The notes beneath the pieces are model-generated. The model was not told where the DNA came from. It worked only from the letters and a program-made list of their open reading frames with translations, and did no database searches. From NCBI GenBank assembly GCA_963815455.1, contig CAWFGO010000001.1, positions 1,472,001-1,536,000 on the forward strand: a DNA stretch of 64,000 bases. Reading direction: 5' to 3'. Numbering within the stretch: position 1 is the first letter of the stretch; every line of letters starts with the position of its first letter. The translations under genes were made by a program, and so were the position numbers. Shown one piece after another: positions 10,137-19,257 of the stretch. Source of the stretch: an uncultured Verrucomicrobiae bacterium. GTDB taxonomy: Bacteria > Verrucomicrobiota > Verrucomicrobiia > Chthoniobacterales > UBA10450.

Positions 10137-10442
10137 TTAGCGTCCTGGCTCTGCAATGACTTTCATGTTGTTGACCTCCACAATGACTTTCTTGTCGTTG
10201 ATCTGCCATTTCCCTTTGACGTGCTCTACCAGGTAGCCGTTCGGGCCACGAACGTCGACGTATATATAGTCGCTGGCCAATTGCTCATATGATAGGATTG
10301 CGGCCGAGGTCTTGGCGTGGATAACGCGGCTGATCTCGGCAATGTCAGTCGCTGAGATTCCGTGAAGTCGAGCCACTGTAGTCGCGCACGATGTGAGCAC
10401 CACTGATCCAATAATGGCCGCAACGCAGAGGGTGGTGTTCAC
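10137..10442 (-). CDS. Cassette 23: putative lipoprotein
   Basis: Lipobox LTSC after a hydrophobic leader. Confidence 0.75.
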   Translation of the reverse strand: MNTTLCVAAIIGSVVLTSCATTVARLHGISATDIAEISRVIHAKTSAAILSYEQLASDYIYVDVRGPNGYLVEHVKGKWQINDKKVIVEVNNMKVIAEPGR

Positions 10443-10443
10443 G

Positions 10444-10566
10444 ATCTAACGAGAACAAGATGAGCGACGGCGGACGAGGGCGCGCATCGCTCGGAGTGAG
10501 AGTGGGGAAGTCATCTTAAATGTGAACGCACAGCGGTCCGTCGTTCGCTCCATCGCATGGTTAGAT
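10444..10566 (-). repeat. attC
   Basis: ATCTAAC...GTTAGAT. Confidence 0.9.
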
Positions 10567-10845
10567 CTTACGAGATAATTGCTCCTTCTTGTCGAGTCGT
10601 TCGGCAAGTTTCTCTTCGCGCCTCAGCCCCTTCTCCATACGGGGGAGAAACACGTTCTTCACCCAGTCTTTGTGAGGCGGCAGTTCTTTGCCGTTCCTGA
10701 ATTTGCTATCAAACAGAGGCCGAAAGCCGACCCAATGTGCATGCTTGCCGGTCTCAAGATACTCCTTCGCTTTAGCAATGGCTTGTTCGATCAACTTGAT
10801 GCGTTCAACGGGAGCCATTTGCTTCGTGTTCAGTCTAAACGCCAT
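10561..10845 (-). CDS. Cassette 22: small basic cytoplasmic hypothetical protein
   Basis: ORF fills the cassette; stop lies in R''. Confidence 0.75.
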   Translation of the reverse strand: MAFRLNTKQMAPVERIKLIEQAIAKAKEYLETGKHAHWVGFRPLFDSKFRNGKELPPHKDWVKNVFLPRMEKGLRREEKLAERLDKKEQLSRKI

Positions 10846-10853
10846 AGCTTTGG

Positions 10854-10977
10854 ATCTAACGAGAACAAGATGAGCGACGGCGGACGAGACCGTCCGTCGC
10901 TCGCGGTGAAAGTGTAGAAGTCATTTCAAAAGTGGAGCATGCAGCGGTCCGCCGTTCGCTCGATCGGATGGTTAGAT
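10854..10977 (-). repeat. attC
   Basis: ATCTAAC...GTTAGAT. Confidence 0.9.
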
Positions 10978-11334
10978 CTAGTGGTGCTGCCGGTCGAACT
11001 CGTGAAACTGCTTCGTGATATCAAAATAGACTTTATATTGTTTGCCACGCATTCGGAATGTGAAGCAATCGTAATATCTGTCCTCTTTCTCGTGCGCAAT
11101 TAAGGCGTGATCCTCGCCGACATCACTCACAGGCTGGCCAAACGCAAAGTGCTCAGGGAAATGCTTCTCCAGATACTGGCGCTCCCAGTCGTGATAATGC
11201 GCGTAATCGACCGGAACCACGACTGCCCTTGCCTCACTTGAGCCGTCTCGTGCGGATTCGCCCGCATGCACGGAGGTGACGCAGATATGCGAGAGAAGAG
11301 CCAAAGCGATTAAAAGAGCTGGAGTCGTGCGCAT
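10978..11334 (-). CDS. Cassette 21: secreted hypothetical protein
   Basis: Signal peptide ending VHA; fills the cassette. Confidence 0.78.
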   Translation of the reverse strand: MRTTPALLIALALLSHICVTSVHAGESARDGSSEARAVVVPVDYAHYHDWERQYLEKHFPEHFAFGQPVSDVGEDHALIAHEKEDRYYDCFTFRMRGKQYKVYFDITKQFHEFDRQHH

Positions 11335-11337
11335 AAG

Positions 11338-11461
11338 ATCTAACGAGACAGAAGTGAGCTACCGCCACCGAGGGCGAGCGGTGCTCGAAGTGAAGATGTT
11401 CTGGTCATATCAAAAAGGGATCGCACAGCGGGTGGCGGTTAGCTCGACTGATTGGTTAGGT
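11338..11461 (-). repeat. attC
   Basis: ATCTAAC...GTTAGGT. Confidence 0.9.
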
Positions 11462-11998
11462 CTTCTTCGGTTTGTGCAACATGGCTACTGCGTCCTTCGG
11501 CATGAAAGTCCAACCAATCAGTTTGCCGCGGTGAAAAACTCGCACAGCGATGAAGTCATCTGGAACGTTCCAAGGGCGCTTCTCTGGACGACTGGGAAAG
11601 TAGTCTGATTTGTCTGGATGTGCGGCTGAGGAAATCTCGACTGCGTCCGGGGGCAGCTTGGGATTTGGAGTGAACGGGTCATCCATCTTCTTTGCAGGTT
11701 CCCCCCACTGAAGCGTGTCATAACCTTTGAATACGCCACGCTCGTATGTGCGCACGAGATGATGGGTAACAGCTTTATCTTTGTGTTCGTTTTCTCTCTT
11801 TATCTCCGCTTCTTTTGCGGCGTCGTAATGAGGATCGCCTGGCTTCGGTAACTGCCAAGGTGTGGATGTCGCTGGCGGATCATTTCGCTTCAACTCGATG
11901 CTGTCCGGCGGCAATCTGTCATCGCCCACGACGGTTTGGGCGCACGCGTACTTGAGCAGTGCTGCGATGATGAGGGTGACGAAGAGTGTTGCTTGCAT
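11456..11998 (-). CDS. Cassette 20: secreted Pro-rich hypothetical protein
   Basis: Start MQATLFV just after the core; stop in R''. Confidence 0.75.
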   Translation of the reverse strand: MQATLFVTLIIAALLKYACAQTVVGDDRLPPDSIELKRNDPPATSTPWQLPKPGDPHYDAAKEAEIKRENEHKDKAVTHHLVRTYERGVFKGYDTLQWGEPAKKMDDPFTPNPKLPPDAVEISSAAHPDKSDYFPSRPEKRPWNVPDDFIAVRVFHRGKLIGWTFMPKDAVAMLHKPKKT

Positions 11999-12000
11999 AG

Positions 12001-12109
12001 ACCTAACGAGAACAAGATGAGCCACCGCGCGAATTACGAGTGGCGTTCATAAGGATGGAAAATCTAGGCATACCGCTGGTCCGCGGTTGGCTCGATCGCT
12101 TGGTTAGAC
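12001..12109 (-). repeat. attC (short-loop variant)
   Basis: ACCTAAC...GTTAGAC. Confidence 0.88.
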
Positions 12110-12113
12110 GATT

Positions 12114-12557
12114 TCATTGTGCGAGTGCGGCGACCGCCTCTTTCCTGACTTTCATCGCACGCTTCTTAGCCTCTGCTTCGCCATATTTGTTGACGGAAAA
12201 GACCCTCACCTTTCTGTTGCCACGACGGTCCGTGAAGTTGGCGCGCCAGAAGTCGTATGGTTTGCCTTTTGAGATTGTAGTGATGCGTGCAACCCCCACG
12301 ATACCAGAGGGCGACTTACGCCGCTCGACCTCGCAAGAATCGCGACGGGACATGCGAGGGAAAGCTTCGCGAATCTCTCGCCAGCATTTTTTCGCCTCTG
12401 CCAGCGCAGCGGCTTCGCTAGCGTATTTTTTGAACGGGAAATACTCTTGAAACATTGCGCCCTGTCGCAGGAGCTTTACGCGGTAACATGCGACGCTCTG
12501 GTCTGGATAAAACATGCGCTGCAAACCGCGAAATCCAGCGACCGTTGTAGTGGGCAT
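12114..12557 (-). CDS. Cassette 19: AP2-domain-like DNA-binding protein
   Basis: SGIVGV...WRANF...VFSVNKYGEAEAKKRA, plus a similar N-terminal unit FPFKKYASEAAALAEA. Confidence 0.7.
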   Translation of the reverse strand: MPTTTVAGFRGLQRMFYPDQSVACYRVKLLRQGAMFQEYFPFKKYASEAAALAEAKKCWREIREAFPRMSRRDSCEVERRKSPSGIVGVARITTISKGKPYDFWRANFTDRRGNRKVRVFSVNKYGEAEAKKRAMKVRKEAVAALAQ

Positions 12558-12567
12558 ATGCGCAATC

Positions 12568-12691
12568 GTCTAACGAGACGGAGCTGAGCCACCGCTGGCG
12601 ATGGCGAGCATGGCAGACACGAGGAACTGTTTCATAAAATTATATGTGCGCATCGCGACGGCCGGCGGTTGGCTCGAGCGATTGGTTAGAT
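12568..12691 (-). repeat. attC
   Basis: GTCTAAC...GTTAGAT. Confidence 0.9.
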
Positions 12692-13032
12692 GATGTCGAT
12701 GCGTCAGCACCAGCTTTTCTTTTCGCTTTCCACTCTCGCAGGAAGGCGATGAGAAACCCGAGCCCAAGAAACGAAGCGATGCAAATGACGACGATGGTGA
12801 TGGCGAATCGTGTTGCGGGAAGATAGCGGCCAACCAGACGACTAAGGCCGGACAGGATGATAAAAATAGTGAAATAAGCGCCTGCATATCGAAATAGCAT
12901 CTGCGCAACGGACTCTTTCTTATCATGGATCTCCACGATAGGACCTTCTGGCGAGCCATAGAGATCTTCGCGCTGCTCTCGACGCCAAAGCTCGAATCTA
13001 TAGCGAAAGCGCTCGATGAGTTCGCTCTTCAT
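12640..13032 (-). CDS. Cassette 18: 2-TM membrane protein reading into its attC
   Basis: ATG in the core; stop inside the attC loop. Confidence 0.75.
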   Translation of the reverse strand: MKSELIERFRYRFELWRREQREDLYGSPEGPIVEIHDKKESVAQMLFRYAGAYFTIFIILSGLSRLVGRYLPATRFAITIVVICIASFLGLGFLIAFLREWKAKRKAGADASTSSNQSLEPTAGRRDAHI

Positions 13033-13154
13033 CTAACGAGAACAAGATGAGCTACCGCTGTCTACAGCCAGCTCCGCTCGAAGTGAACATAGTTTAGTCA
13101 TGCAAAAATGTAAGCCCGTACGGGACAGCGGTTAGCTCCATCGTCTGGTTAGAT
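13031..13154 (-). repeat. attC
   Basis: ATCTAAC...GTTAGAT. Confidence 0.9.
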
Positions 13155-13167
13155 GTCTTTGGTGTGC

Positions 13168-13491
13168 TCACACTTTGTCGCGGCGCAGACGATCCACTGC
13201 GGTGAAGCAACCGAAGTAGATAACACTGTAGAGTAAAGCAGGTGCTCCGAATGCGATAACTGTGCCTGCAGCGATAGACAAGGTACTCTCGCCTACCAGA
13301 TGAATGAATGCCGCGCCGGCGGAAAACCCCCAGTCGGAGAAAGGTGATAGTGCGCGACTGAGCGGTGTATCGGGGCCATTATGGTCGAAATTTCGCGCGG
13401 TCGTCCACGTGCCGACCATTAGCGCGGCGAGTGTGACGCAACCCAATACCACGCTCCACGCTACTCGACGAATTGGGAAACGCGCTGGCAT
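13168..13491 (-). CDS. Cassette 17: membrane protein
   Basis: ATG in the core; hydrophobic segments. Confidence 0.75.
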   Translation of the reverse strand: MPARFPIRRVAWSVVLGCVTLAALMVGTWTTARNFDHNGPDTPLSRALSPFSDWGFSAGAAFIHLVGESTLSIAAGTVIAFGAPALLYSVIYFGCFTAVDRLRRDKV

Positions 13492-13614
13492 CTAACGAGA
13501 ACAAGATGAGCGACGGCGGACGAGGGCGAGCGTCGCTCGGAGTGAAAGTGTAGAAGTCATCTCAAAAAGTGGAGCGTACAGCGGTCCGCCGTTCGCTCCA
13601 TCGCATGGTTAGGT
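13490..13614 (-). repeat. attC
   Basis: ATCTAAC...GTTAGGT. Confidence 0.9.
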
Positions 13615-13631
13615 CTGGTGTGAAGATAACA

Positions 13632-13958
13632 CTAGAACTCATAAGGCGGACCGGCGGCATGAACAAACGGCTTGCCGCGCGACTCCGGATCGTAGCCAGC
13701 AGTGATCGCCTGCTGAATGCACTCGACGAGTCGGCGATTGGGAAGGCGGAATCGCTGATGCTGCGGCATATCTCTATGGGATCGGTCGATGGAGAATTCT
13801 AGCAGTAATTGGCGTCGGCTTGCCTCTGTGGGCTCGACAAGAATTGCTAATCCACGTAAGCCGATTTGCTCGTGACGTGATGTGGCCCAAGTCGGTTGCC
13901 GGTGGACACGCCACCGATACTCATCATCTCCCACCGTGATTGTCCCCGACGATTTCAC
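13632..13958 (-). CDS. Cassette 16: cytoplasmic hypothetical protein
   Basis: ITVGDDEYRWRV...AITAGYDPESRGKPF; AGGAG upstream of the GTG. Confidence 0.78.
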   Translation of the reverse strand: MKSSGTITVGDDEYRWRVHRQPTWATSRHEQIGLRGLAILVEPTEASRRQLLLEFSIDRSHRDMPQHQRFRLPNRRLVECIQQAITAGYDPESRGKPFVHAAGPPYEF

Positions 13959-13972
13959 GAAGCGCTCCTAAG

Positions 13973-14095
13973 ACCTAACGAGAACAAGATGAGCGACGGC
14001 GGACGAGGCCGCGCGTCGCTTGGATTGAAAGTGTGGAAGTCATCTCCAATGTGAACCCACAGCGGTCCGGCGTTCGCTCCATCGCATGGTTAGAC
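13973..14095 (-). repeat. attC
   Basis: ACCTAAC...GTTAGAC. Confidence 0.9.
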
Positions 14096-14380
14096 CTGTC
14101 GTGTGTTCGCATGTGTCCGCCTCAGCCTGATCGCTCTGACTAAGCTGAGAATAGTAAACCAAACGGCTACTTGCGCGAGCAGCATCAACGCCGCCTGCGG
14201 TGGACTCTGCGCGGGAATCCCCTCGGGCGGCAGGTGTGGAAGTGCGAGCAATATGCCTGGCATGTTGATGGCGAACACGAGCGGCGAGAACGCCGATTGC
14301 CAAGGCGCTTCCAGCAGCGCCGGCGCGCCACAAAGGAGCGCAATCCCGGCAGCGAGAATGAATCTTCGGGAGCGTGTCAC
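14090..14380 (-). CDS. Cassette 15: small membrane protein
   Basis: Hydrophobic; stop in R''. Confidence 0.72.
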   Translation of the reverse strand: MTRSRRFILAAGIALLCGAPALLEAPWQSAFSPLVFAINMPGILLALPHLPPEGIPAQSPPQAALMLLAQVAVWFTILSLVRAIRLRRTHANTRQV

Positions 14381-14395
14381 AGCGTTCGGCTCGAG

Positions 14396-14519
14396 GTCTA
14401 ACGAGACGGAGCTCAGCCACCGCTGGCGGCAGCCAGCTTTGCTGCAAAGTTTAATGTTGAAGTCATGTGAAAGCTGGTCATCGGAACGGCCAGCGGTTGG
14501 CTGGAGCGATTGGTTAGAT
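14396..14519 (-). repeat. attC
   Basis: GTCTAAC...GTTAGAT. Confidence 0.9.
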
Positions 14520-14978
14520 GTCTCCTATCTCGTCGGCGTGCTCCATTAAAGTCTTCGATGGGACGTCACCTTTGGAAAACAAGACTTTATCTTTTCGGAC
14601 GAGCGCGACACCTACAAATCGATTGTTTCCCTTGTATTCGATGTCTGGTGTCAGATCGCCCGGACCAACTTTGCTGTGCTCCGGAGGCACATGAATATAC
14701 ATATACCAAACCTGCACACCGCCGCGGAGGCGAATCCTACCGCTGCAATGCTGGCTGCTACAAATCACTCTCAAATGATCTAGGTCGCTCTTGGTGCTGA
14801 GAAATGGCGTGAGTCGCGACCAGAGGTCATACTCCTTGGTTACCGGATAACCGATAGCCTGGCGGCAGATGCGCTTAATCTGCGCGACATCACTCGATGA
14901 CAACGCTCGATCTGCTGCGTGCGAGGAGTGCGTTGCTGACGCCGAAAGCAGGAACATCAGGATGAGGTGCCGAAACAT
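14514..14978 (-). CDS. Cassette 14: secreted hypothetical protein
   Basis: ATG in the core, signal peptide, stop in R''. Confidence 0.8.
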   Translation of the reverse strand: MFRHLILMFLLSASATHSSHAADRALSSSDVAQIKRICRQAIGYPVTKEYDLWSRLTPFLSTKSDLDHLRVICSSQHCSGRIRLRGGVQVWYMYIHVPPEHSKVGPGDLTPDIEYKGNNRFVGVALVRKDKVLFSKGDVPSKTLMEHADEIGDI

Positions 14979-15100
14979 CTAACGAGACAGAAGTGAGCTA
15001 CCGCCGCCGAGGGCGAGCGGTGCTCGAAGTGAAGAGGTTCTAGTCATGTAAAAATGTGAGCGCACGACGGGTGGCGGTTAGCTCGACTGATTGGTTAGAC
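14977..15100 (-). repeat. attC
   Basis: ATCTAAC...GTTAGAC. Confidence 0.9.
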
Positions 15101-15103
15101 GTC

Positions 15104-15502
15104 TCAGTCCGCGACATAGACTTTCTCAACAGGACCGTCCGGTGCCGCGAGAACACAATGGAGGAAATGTGGCCACGGACGGAAGCCAAGCTTCTTTCCC
15201 ATGTACACCTGGTAAGTAATATAGTACGCACCATGAAAATAAGGGTCCTTCGTGAAATCGGGAGGTCCAAGTAAAGCCGTGACCTCTGCTCGGCTGTGGC
15301 CGATCAGGATATGCTTATCGAGCAAGTCTGGAACCATAGTGCCGCGAAGCTTCGCATCGCCAGCGCGCCAAGCCTCCGCAGCAAACGGTTGACGCTTGTA
15401 AGAAAAATCAGTGACATAAACAAAGAGACCTCCGAGCAAAAGTCCAGCTCCGACCACAACAATTGCGATGACGATTGCAGGCGTCTTTAGGAGTTTGCGC
15501 AC
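15104..15502 (-). CDS. Cassette 13: membrane-anchored SmpA/BamE-like domain protein
   Basis: N-terminal TM; LIGHSRAEVTALLGPPD. Confidence 0.65.
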   Translation of the reverse strand: MRKLLKTPAIVIAIVVVGAGLLLGGLFVYVTDFSYKRQPFAAEAWRAGDAKLRGTMVPDLLDKHILIGHSRAEVTALLGPPDFTKDPYFHGAYYITYQVYMGKKLGFRPWPHFLHCVLAAPDGPVEKVYVAD

Positions 15503-15510
15503 GAGGTTAC

Positions 15511-15633
15511 GTCTAACGAGAACAAGATGAGCCACCACTGGCGAGAGCGCGCGTGGCGGCGGGATGTGAGGTTGGAGTCACGGAAAACTTGGGCGTACGC
15601 CGGCCAGTGGTTGGCTCCATCGCATGGTTAGGC
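15511..15633 (-). repeat. attC
   Basis: GTCTAAC...GTTAGGC. Confidence 0.9.
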
Positions 15634-15671
15634 GGTTCGCGTGGATGGCCCTGTGCATGCTAGTAAAATCT

Positions 15672-15908
15672 TCATCGGCGAAACTCCCACTTCCGGTGTG
15701 TAATAGTGATATCAGAAATGTCCTCGACTGAAAATGGAATGCTGTCAGAGCCGCGAACTTCTGTGATCGTGCCGCCCACGATGAGCACATCGTCGATGAT
15801 GCGGCCGTCGCGTAACGTGACCGCTGCTGTCTGATAACCCATGCCCGTCTCGCCCTGTTTGAGGAGAGATGGCGCCCACTTATCGGGCAGCTGTAGATGC
15901 GTGATCAT
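15672..15908 (-). CDS. Cassette 12: small hypothetical protein
   Basis: GETGMGYQTAAVTLRDGR; occupies the cassette. Confidence 0.75.
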   Translation of the reverse strand: MITHLQLPDKWAPSLLKQGETGMGYQTAAVTLRDGRIIDDVLIVGGTITEVRGSDSIPFSVEDISDITITHRKWEFRR

Positions 15909-15924
15909 GACTGGCGTGCTTACC

Positions 15925-16049
15925 GCCTAACGAGAAAGAGCTGAGCTACCGCCACCTAGGGCGAGCTCTGCCCGAAGTGAGAGTGATTTACTCATCTGAA
16001 AAATGTGGACGCACGGCGGGTGGCGGTTAGCTCCAGCGATTGGTTAGGC
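15925..16049 (-). repeat. attC
   Basis: GCCTAAC...GTTAGGC. Confidence 0.9.
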
Positions 16050-16439
16050 CTATTGGGTGCGATGGTTCTTCGGGAGTCTGGGATCTATGGTCTCCTGAGG
16101 TTCTTCTCCGCGCAAGCGACGCTCGTGCGGCGTGAGAAAATCTCCCACAGGTGGTGTCGGCTGCTGAACGCGGTAAAAGCGAGGCTGGCCGGGGACCTCT
16201 TCTGATCGAGGCGTCGATGGCAGCGAGAAAGGATTGTACCGCGTAAGCCGGGAATAGTCGGAAGGCTGTTCCAGAGGTGACTCGCCGGGCATCGTGAATT
16301 GTGCAGTTTTCGGCCGTGGGCTACAGGCAAGAGAAACCAAAACAAGCAAGCCGCAAACAGAAACTGCGTATGAAGCAAAGTAACGCTGTTGATTGCACGA
16401 GTGATGATTGACTGTCATTTGCAAGAGCGCGCCTCGCAT
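16050..16439 (-). CDS. Cassette 11: Pro-rich hypothetical protein, possible lipoprotein
   Basis: ATG 4 nt after the core TAG; SLAC motif. Confidence 0.6.
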   Translation of the reverse strand: MRGALLQMTVNHHSCNQQRYFASYAVSVCGLLVLVSLACSPRPKTAQFTMPGESPLEQPSDYSRLTRYNPFSLPSTPRSEEVPGQPRFYRVQQPTPPVGDFLTPHERRLRGEEPQETIDPRLPKNHRTQ

Positions 16440-16441
16440 GG

Positions 16442-16564
16442 GCCTAACGAGACGGAGCTGAGCGACCGCCACCGGCGGCGAGCTTTGCTTTCGCTGGAAG
16501 TGTTTTAGTCATTTGAAATATGGACGCACAACGGGTGGCGGTTCGCTCGAGCGATTGGTTAGGC
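16442..16564 (-). repeat. attC
   Basis: GCCTAAC...GTTAGGC. Confidence 0.9.
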
Positions 16565-16571
16565 CCCTTGG

Positions 16572-16955
16572 TCATTTTGGCAGGGATAATTCTGCGACCC
16601 ATTTTCCATCCTGCTGTTCCCACGCTCTCGTAAAATGCCAGCTGTCACGCCGCGTTTTCTTCTCAACGTTATAATAATACACAACGCTCTCGCCTTGCTT
16701 CTTTAACTGGACGAGAAACGAAACAGGATAGCGCACTGGTCCACGCTCATCGAACGGGACGCAGAAGACACTTACGGCGCCATGCTCGTCAGACCTGCAT
16801 TCGGGGATGCCATCTCTGTGCAGGATAGCCGTGAAGAACTCGCCAGCCGAAATCATCGCCTTATCCCGGGATGGGTCTGTGGGGTCTTTGCCTCGGGAAG
16901 TCGAGCCTGCTATAACGAGGCAGGTGATAAACGCGAGTAATCGCAAAGTTCGCAT
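16572..16955 (-). CDS. Cassette 10: secreted hypothetical protein
   Basis: Start MRTLRLLAF after the core. Confidence 0.78.
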   Translation of the reverse strand: MRTLRLLAFITCLVIAGSTSRGKDPTDPSRDKAMISAGEFFTAILHRDGIPECRSDEHGAVSVFCVPFDERGPVRYPVSFLVQLKKQGESVVYYYNVEKKTRRDSWHFTRAWEQQDGKWVAELSLPK

Positions 16956-17110
16956 AGGGCCTAACGAGAACAAGCTGAGCGACCGCCGCCGAGAGCGAGC
17001 GCGGCTTCAACTGAAACGGTTTTAATCATCTGAAATGTAAACACGCGCCGGGCGGCGGTTAGATGCCATGAAGGGTTGAAAAGCGTGGGCAAAACGGGCA
17101 CACGCGTTGT

Positions 17111-18439
17111 ATGAAAAACAAAACAACAACAACCCTTCATGGCGGAGAGAAGTTTAACAATTCAAGCGCCCCTGGCAATGGGGCAGTGAGGCGGGTGTGG
17201 AAGCTTGGGCTGGACGTGGACCTGCGTTTTATGGTGGTGGCGATCCAGTGTGGGCGGGGAACGATTGGGCCGGCGCGGAAGTATACTCGCGAGCAGTTGC
17301 TCGAGTGGGTGAAGCAAAAAGTGGGTGTAGGCGATGTGGTCTACGCGGTGTGGGAATGCTGCGGATTTGGTTATACGCTGCACGAGCAATTAACTCAAGC
17401 GGGAGCAAAGAGCGTCGGGACGACCCCGATGCGATTAAATTTGGAGCGGCGGCGGAAGAACGACCGGATGGATGCGCGCGAGTTGTGTGTGCGATTGAGC
17501 CGTTACCTGGATGGGCAGAGAGAGGAATTAAGACCAATCCGAATCCCGAGCCGGGGGGAGCAACAACGGCGGGAGCTGGGGCGGCAGCGGGAGTTTTGGA
17601 AACGCCAAGTGCGGCGGCTGGAGAATCACGGGCGAGCGCTGCGGATCGAGCACGAGCATGAGACGCTGGAGGCTGGGTGGGGCGGACCGCGGAAGTGGAA
17701 ACGAATCGGGCCGCAGTGCAGCGAGTTTGTGCGCGGGCAGCTTGAACCGGTCATGGAACAGATCCGAGCGGCCAAAGCGCAATTGGATCGGTTGACCCAG
17801 GAGATTGAAGCGCTGGTGAGGGAAGAAAAAATCCCGACGGGATTGGGTGCGCTAACGGTATCGCTGATCGACGGGGAGGTGTGCGATTGGCAACGCTTCA
17901 AGCATCGCAAAGCCGTGGGCAGTTACACTGGGTGTTGTCCTAGCGAATACAGTTCGGCCGGGATCCAGCGTTTTGGAAGCATCGACCGGCACGGCAACAA
18001 ACATTTGCGCACGCTCCTGGTCGAGGCGGTCTGGCGACTTCTTCGCTGGCAGCCTAACTGGCATGCTCGTCAGAAATATCTGGAGAAATTAAGGCACGGC
18101 GCCTCGCTGAAAAAGAAAATCGCAGTGGCCCTGGCCCGGCAACTGGCCATAGACATCTGGCGCTGGCGAACCGGCCGGGCCAGTGCCGCCGAACTGGGCT
18201 GGAGCCTGTCTAACATTCCAGGTGAAACCCTAACAAACAGATTTAACCCTCAGCTTTTACGAAACGGAACTTCCAAGCAAAGTTTGATTTGGCCGCAGGG
18301 TGGAACGCTGCTCGGCGCTGGAGCTGGTCCTTTGAAACGAAGGGATCATCGCTTAGATGGGGCGCGTTCCGCCCAAAGCGGCTTCCCAAAGTCAGGCACG
18401 ACATCATGGGCTCGCACAACAAAAGCGATGCTCGAATAG
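17111..18439 (+). CDS. IS110-family DEDD transposase/recombinase; last ~75 codons overlap the 3' non-coding region
   Basis: LGLDVD, WECCG, RKNDRMDA (DEDD); SYTGCCPSEYSSAG (catalytic Ser); GNKHLRTLLVEA; VALARQLA. Confidence 0.93.
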   Translation: MKNKTTTTLHGGEKFNNSSAPGNGAVRRVWKLGLDVDLRFMVVAIQCGRGTIGPARKYTREQLLEWVKQKVGVGDVVYAVWECCGFGYTLHEQLTQAGAKSVGTTPMRLNLERRRKNDRMDARELCVRLSRYLDGQREELRPIRIPSRGEQQRRELGRQREFWKRQVRRLENHGRALRIEHEHETLEAGWGGPRKWKRIGPQCSEFVRGQLEPVMEQIRAAKAQLDRLTQEIEALVREEKIPTGLGALTVSLIDGEVCDWQRFKHRKAVGSYTGCCPSEYSSAGIQRFGSIDRHGNKHLRTLLVEAVWRLLRWQPNWHARQKYLEKLRHGASLKKKIAVALARQLAIDIWRWRTGRASAAELGWSLSNIPGETLTNRFNPQLLRNGTSKQSLIWPQGGTLLGAGAGPLKRRDHRLDGARSAQSGFPKSGTTSWARTTKAMLE

Positions 18440-18495
18440 GAGCTGGTGACTCGCCCCGGCGAGACAACACGACAGAGGGAAGCTGCACCCTGCGG
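18293..18495 (+). ncRNA. Putative bridge/seek RNA
   Basis: Stems 18298-18308/18364-18374 and 18378-18387/18477-18486; loop GCGCTGGAGC (18315-18324) complementary to the target flank; ATAGGAG (18436-18442) matches the predicted circle junction. Confidence 0.7.
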
Positions 18496-18616
18496 ATCAA
18501 ACCACTAAAGATTGGAAAAACCGGGAAAGGAAAAAACTAAAGAAAAACAAACAATACCCGTTCCACGGTTGACAACCCTCATAGGCGCTCCAGCGCTTGG
18601 TTAGACCTATTCGTGA

Positions 18617-19159
18617 TCACGGGGTGTGCGCTGTCTTGGGCTTTACCGAGACGCTCTGAAACAAGCTTGAGCAAGGAGCGCCGCTCAGCGCCGCTTCCTT
18701 CGGGGAGAGATACATGACGACTCTCAAATCCGGCTTCATGAGAATGTAGTCGATCCGTTGAAACTGCGTCTTCAGAGCGACCACAAAAGAATGCGCTCGG
18801 CAATCACCGACCGAATAATCACGCTCCGAAATGAGCCTCGCGCCGGGCTCTCGTAACATATTGTCTTTGGCTTCGGCGAACGCACCGACAGCGCGAGTCT
18901 GCCACCATGCCTCTGGCATGACAGTGACTTTTGTTGAGATTGTGTCCGCTTTGCTCTGCCAGGCTTTCTCTTCGTAGGCGACGTTGCCCATCGGAGTCGG
19001 AAAATAGCCAGTGTTCGATGCTGTCTGCTTGAACGCGGGCGGTATCTTGAGCGTTAACTCGAACGGTGATTGCTGGAATGCTTCGGCTGGCGGCTTTTCA
19101 CCTGCCGCGAAAGCGGCAGCGGCAAAGGCGAGGAGTGTAATGGTGATGATCGATTTCAT
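18617..19159 (-). CDS. Cassette 9: secreted hypothetical protein
   Basis: Start MKSIITITLLAFAAAAFA. Confidence 0.8.
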   Translation of the reverse strand: MKSIITITLLAFAAAAFAAGEKPPAEAFQQSPFELTLKIPPAFKQTASNTGYFPTPMGNVAYEEKAWQSKADTISTKVTVMPEAWWQTRAVGAFAEAKDNMLREPGARLISERDYSVGDCRAHSFVVALKTQFQRIDYILMKPDLRVVMYLSPKEAALSGAPCSSLFQSVSVKPKTAHTP

Positions 19160-19161
19160 AG

Positions 19162-19257
19162 GTCTAACGAGACAGAGATAAGCCACGGCAGGGTGTCGTG
19201 GCAAACACACTGAACGCATTTCGAAATGGGGCCGTTGGCTTCATCGATTTGTTAGAT
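19162..19257 (-). repeat. attC
   Basis: Near-identical to 8917-9012. Confidence 0.9.

Larger units (their letters stand above)
17061..18585 (+). mobile_element. Complete IS110-family (IS1111-type) element inserted in an attC
   Basis: Sub-terminal IRs ATGAAGGGTTG (17068-17078, 7 nt in) and CAACCCTCAT (18573-18582, 3 nt in); TTGACA at 18569; no target duplication. Confidence 0.9.
16959..18606 (-). repeat. attC interrupted by an IS (halves 16959-17060 and 18586-18606)
   Basis: Rejoined halves give GGCGGCGGTT|CGCTCCAGCGCTTGGTTAGAC, homologous to attC 21203-21325. Confidence 0.9.
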
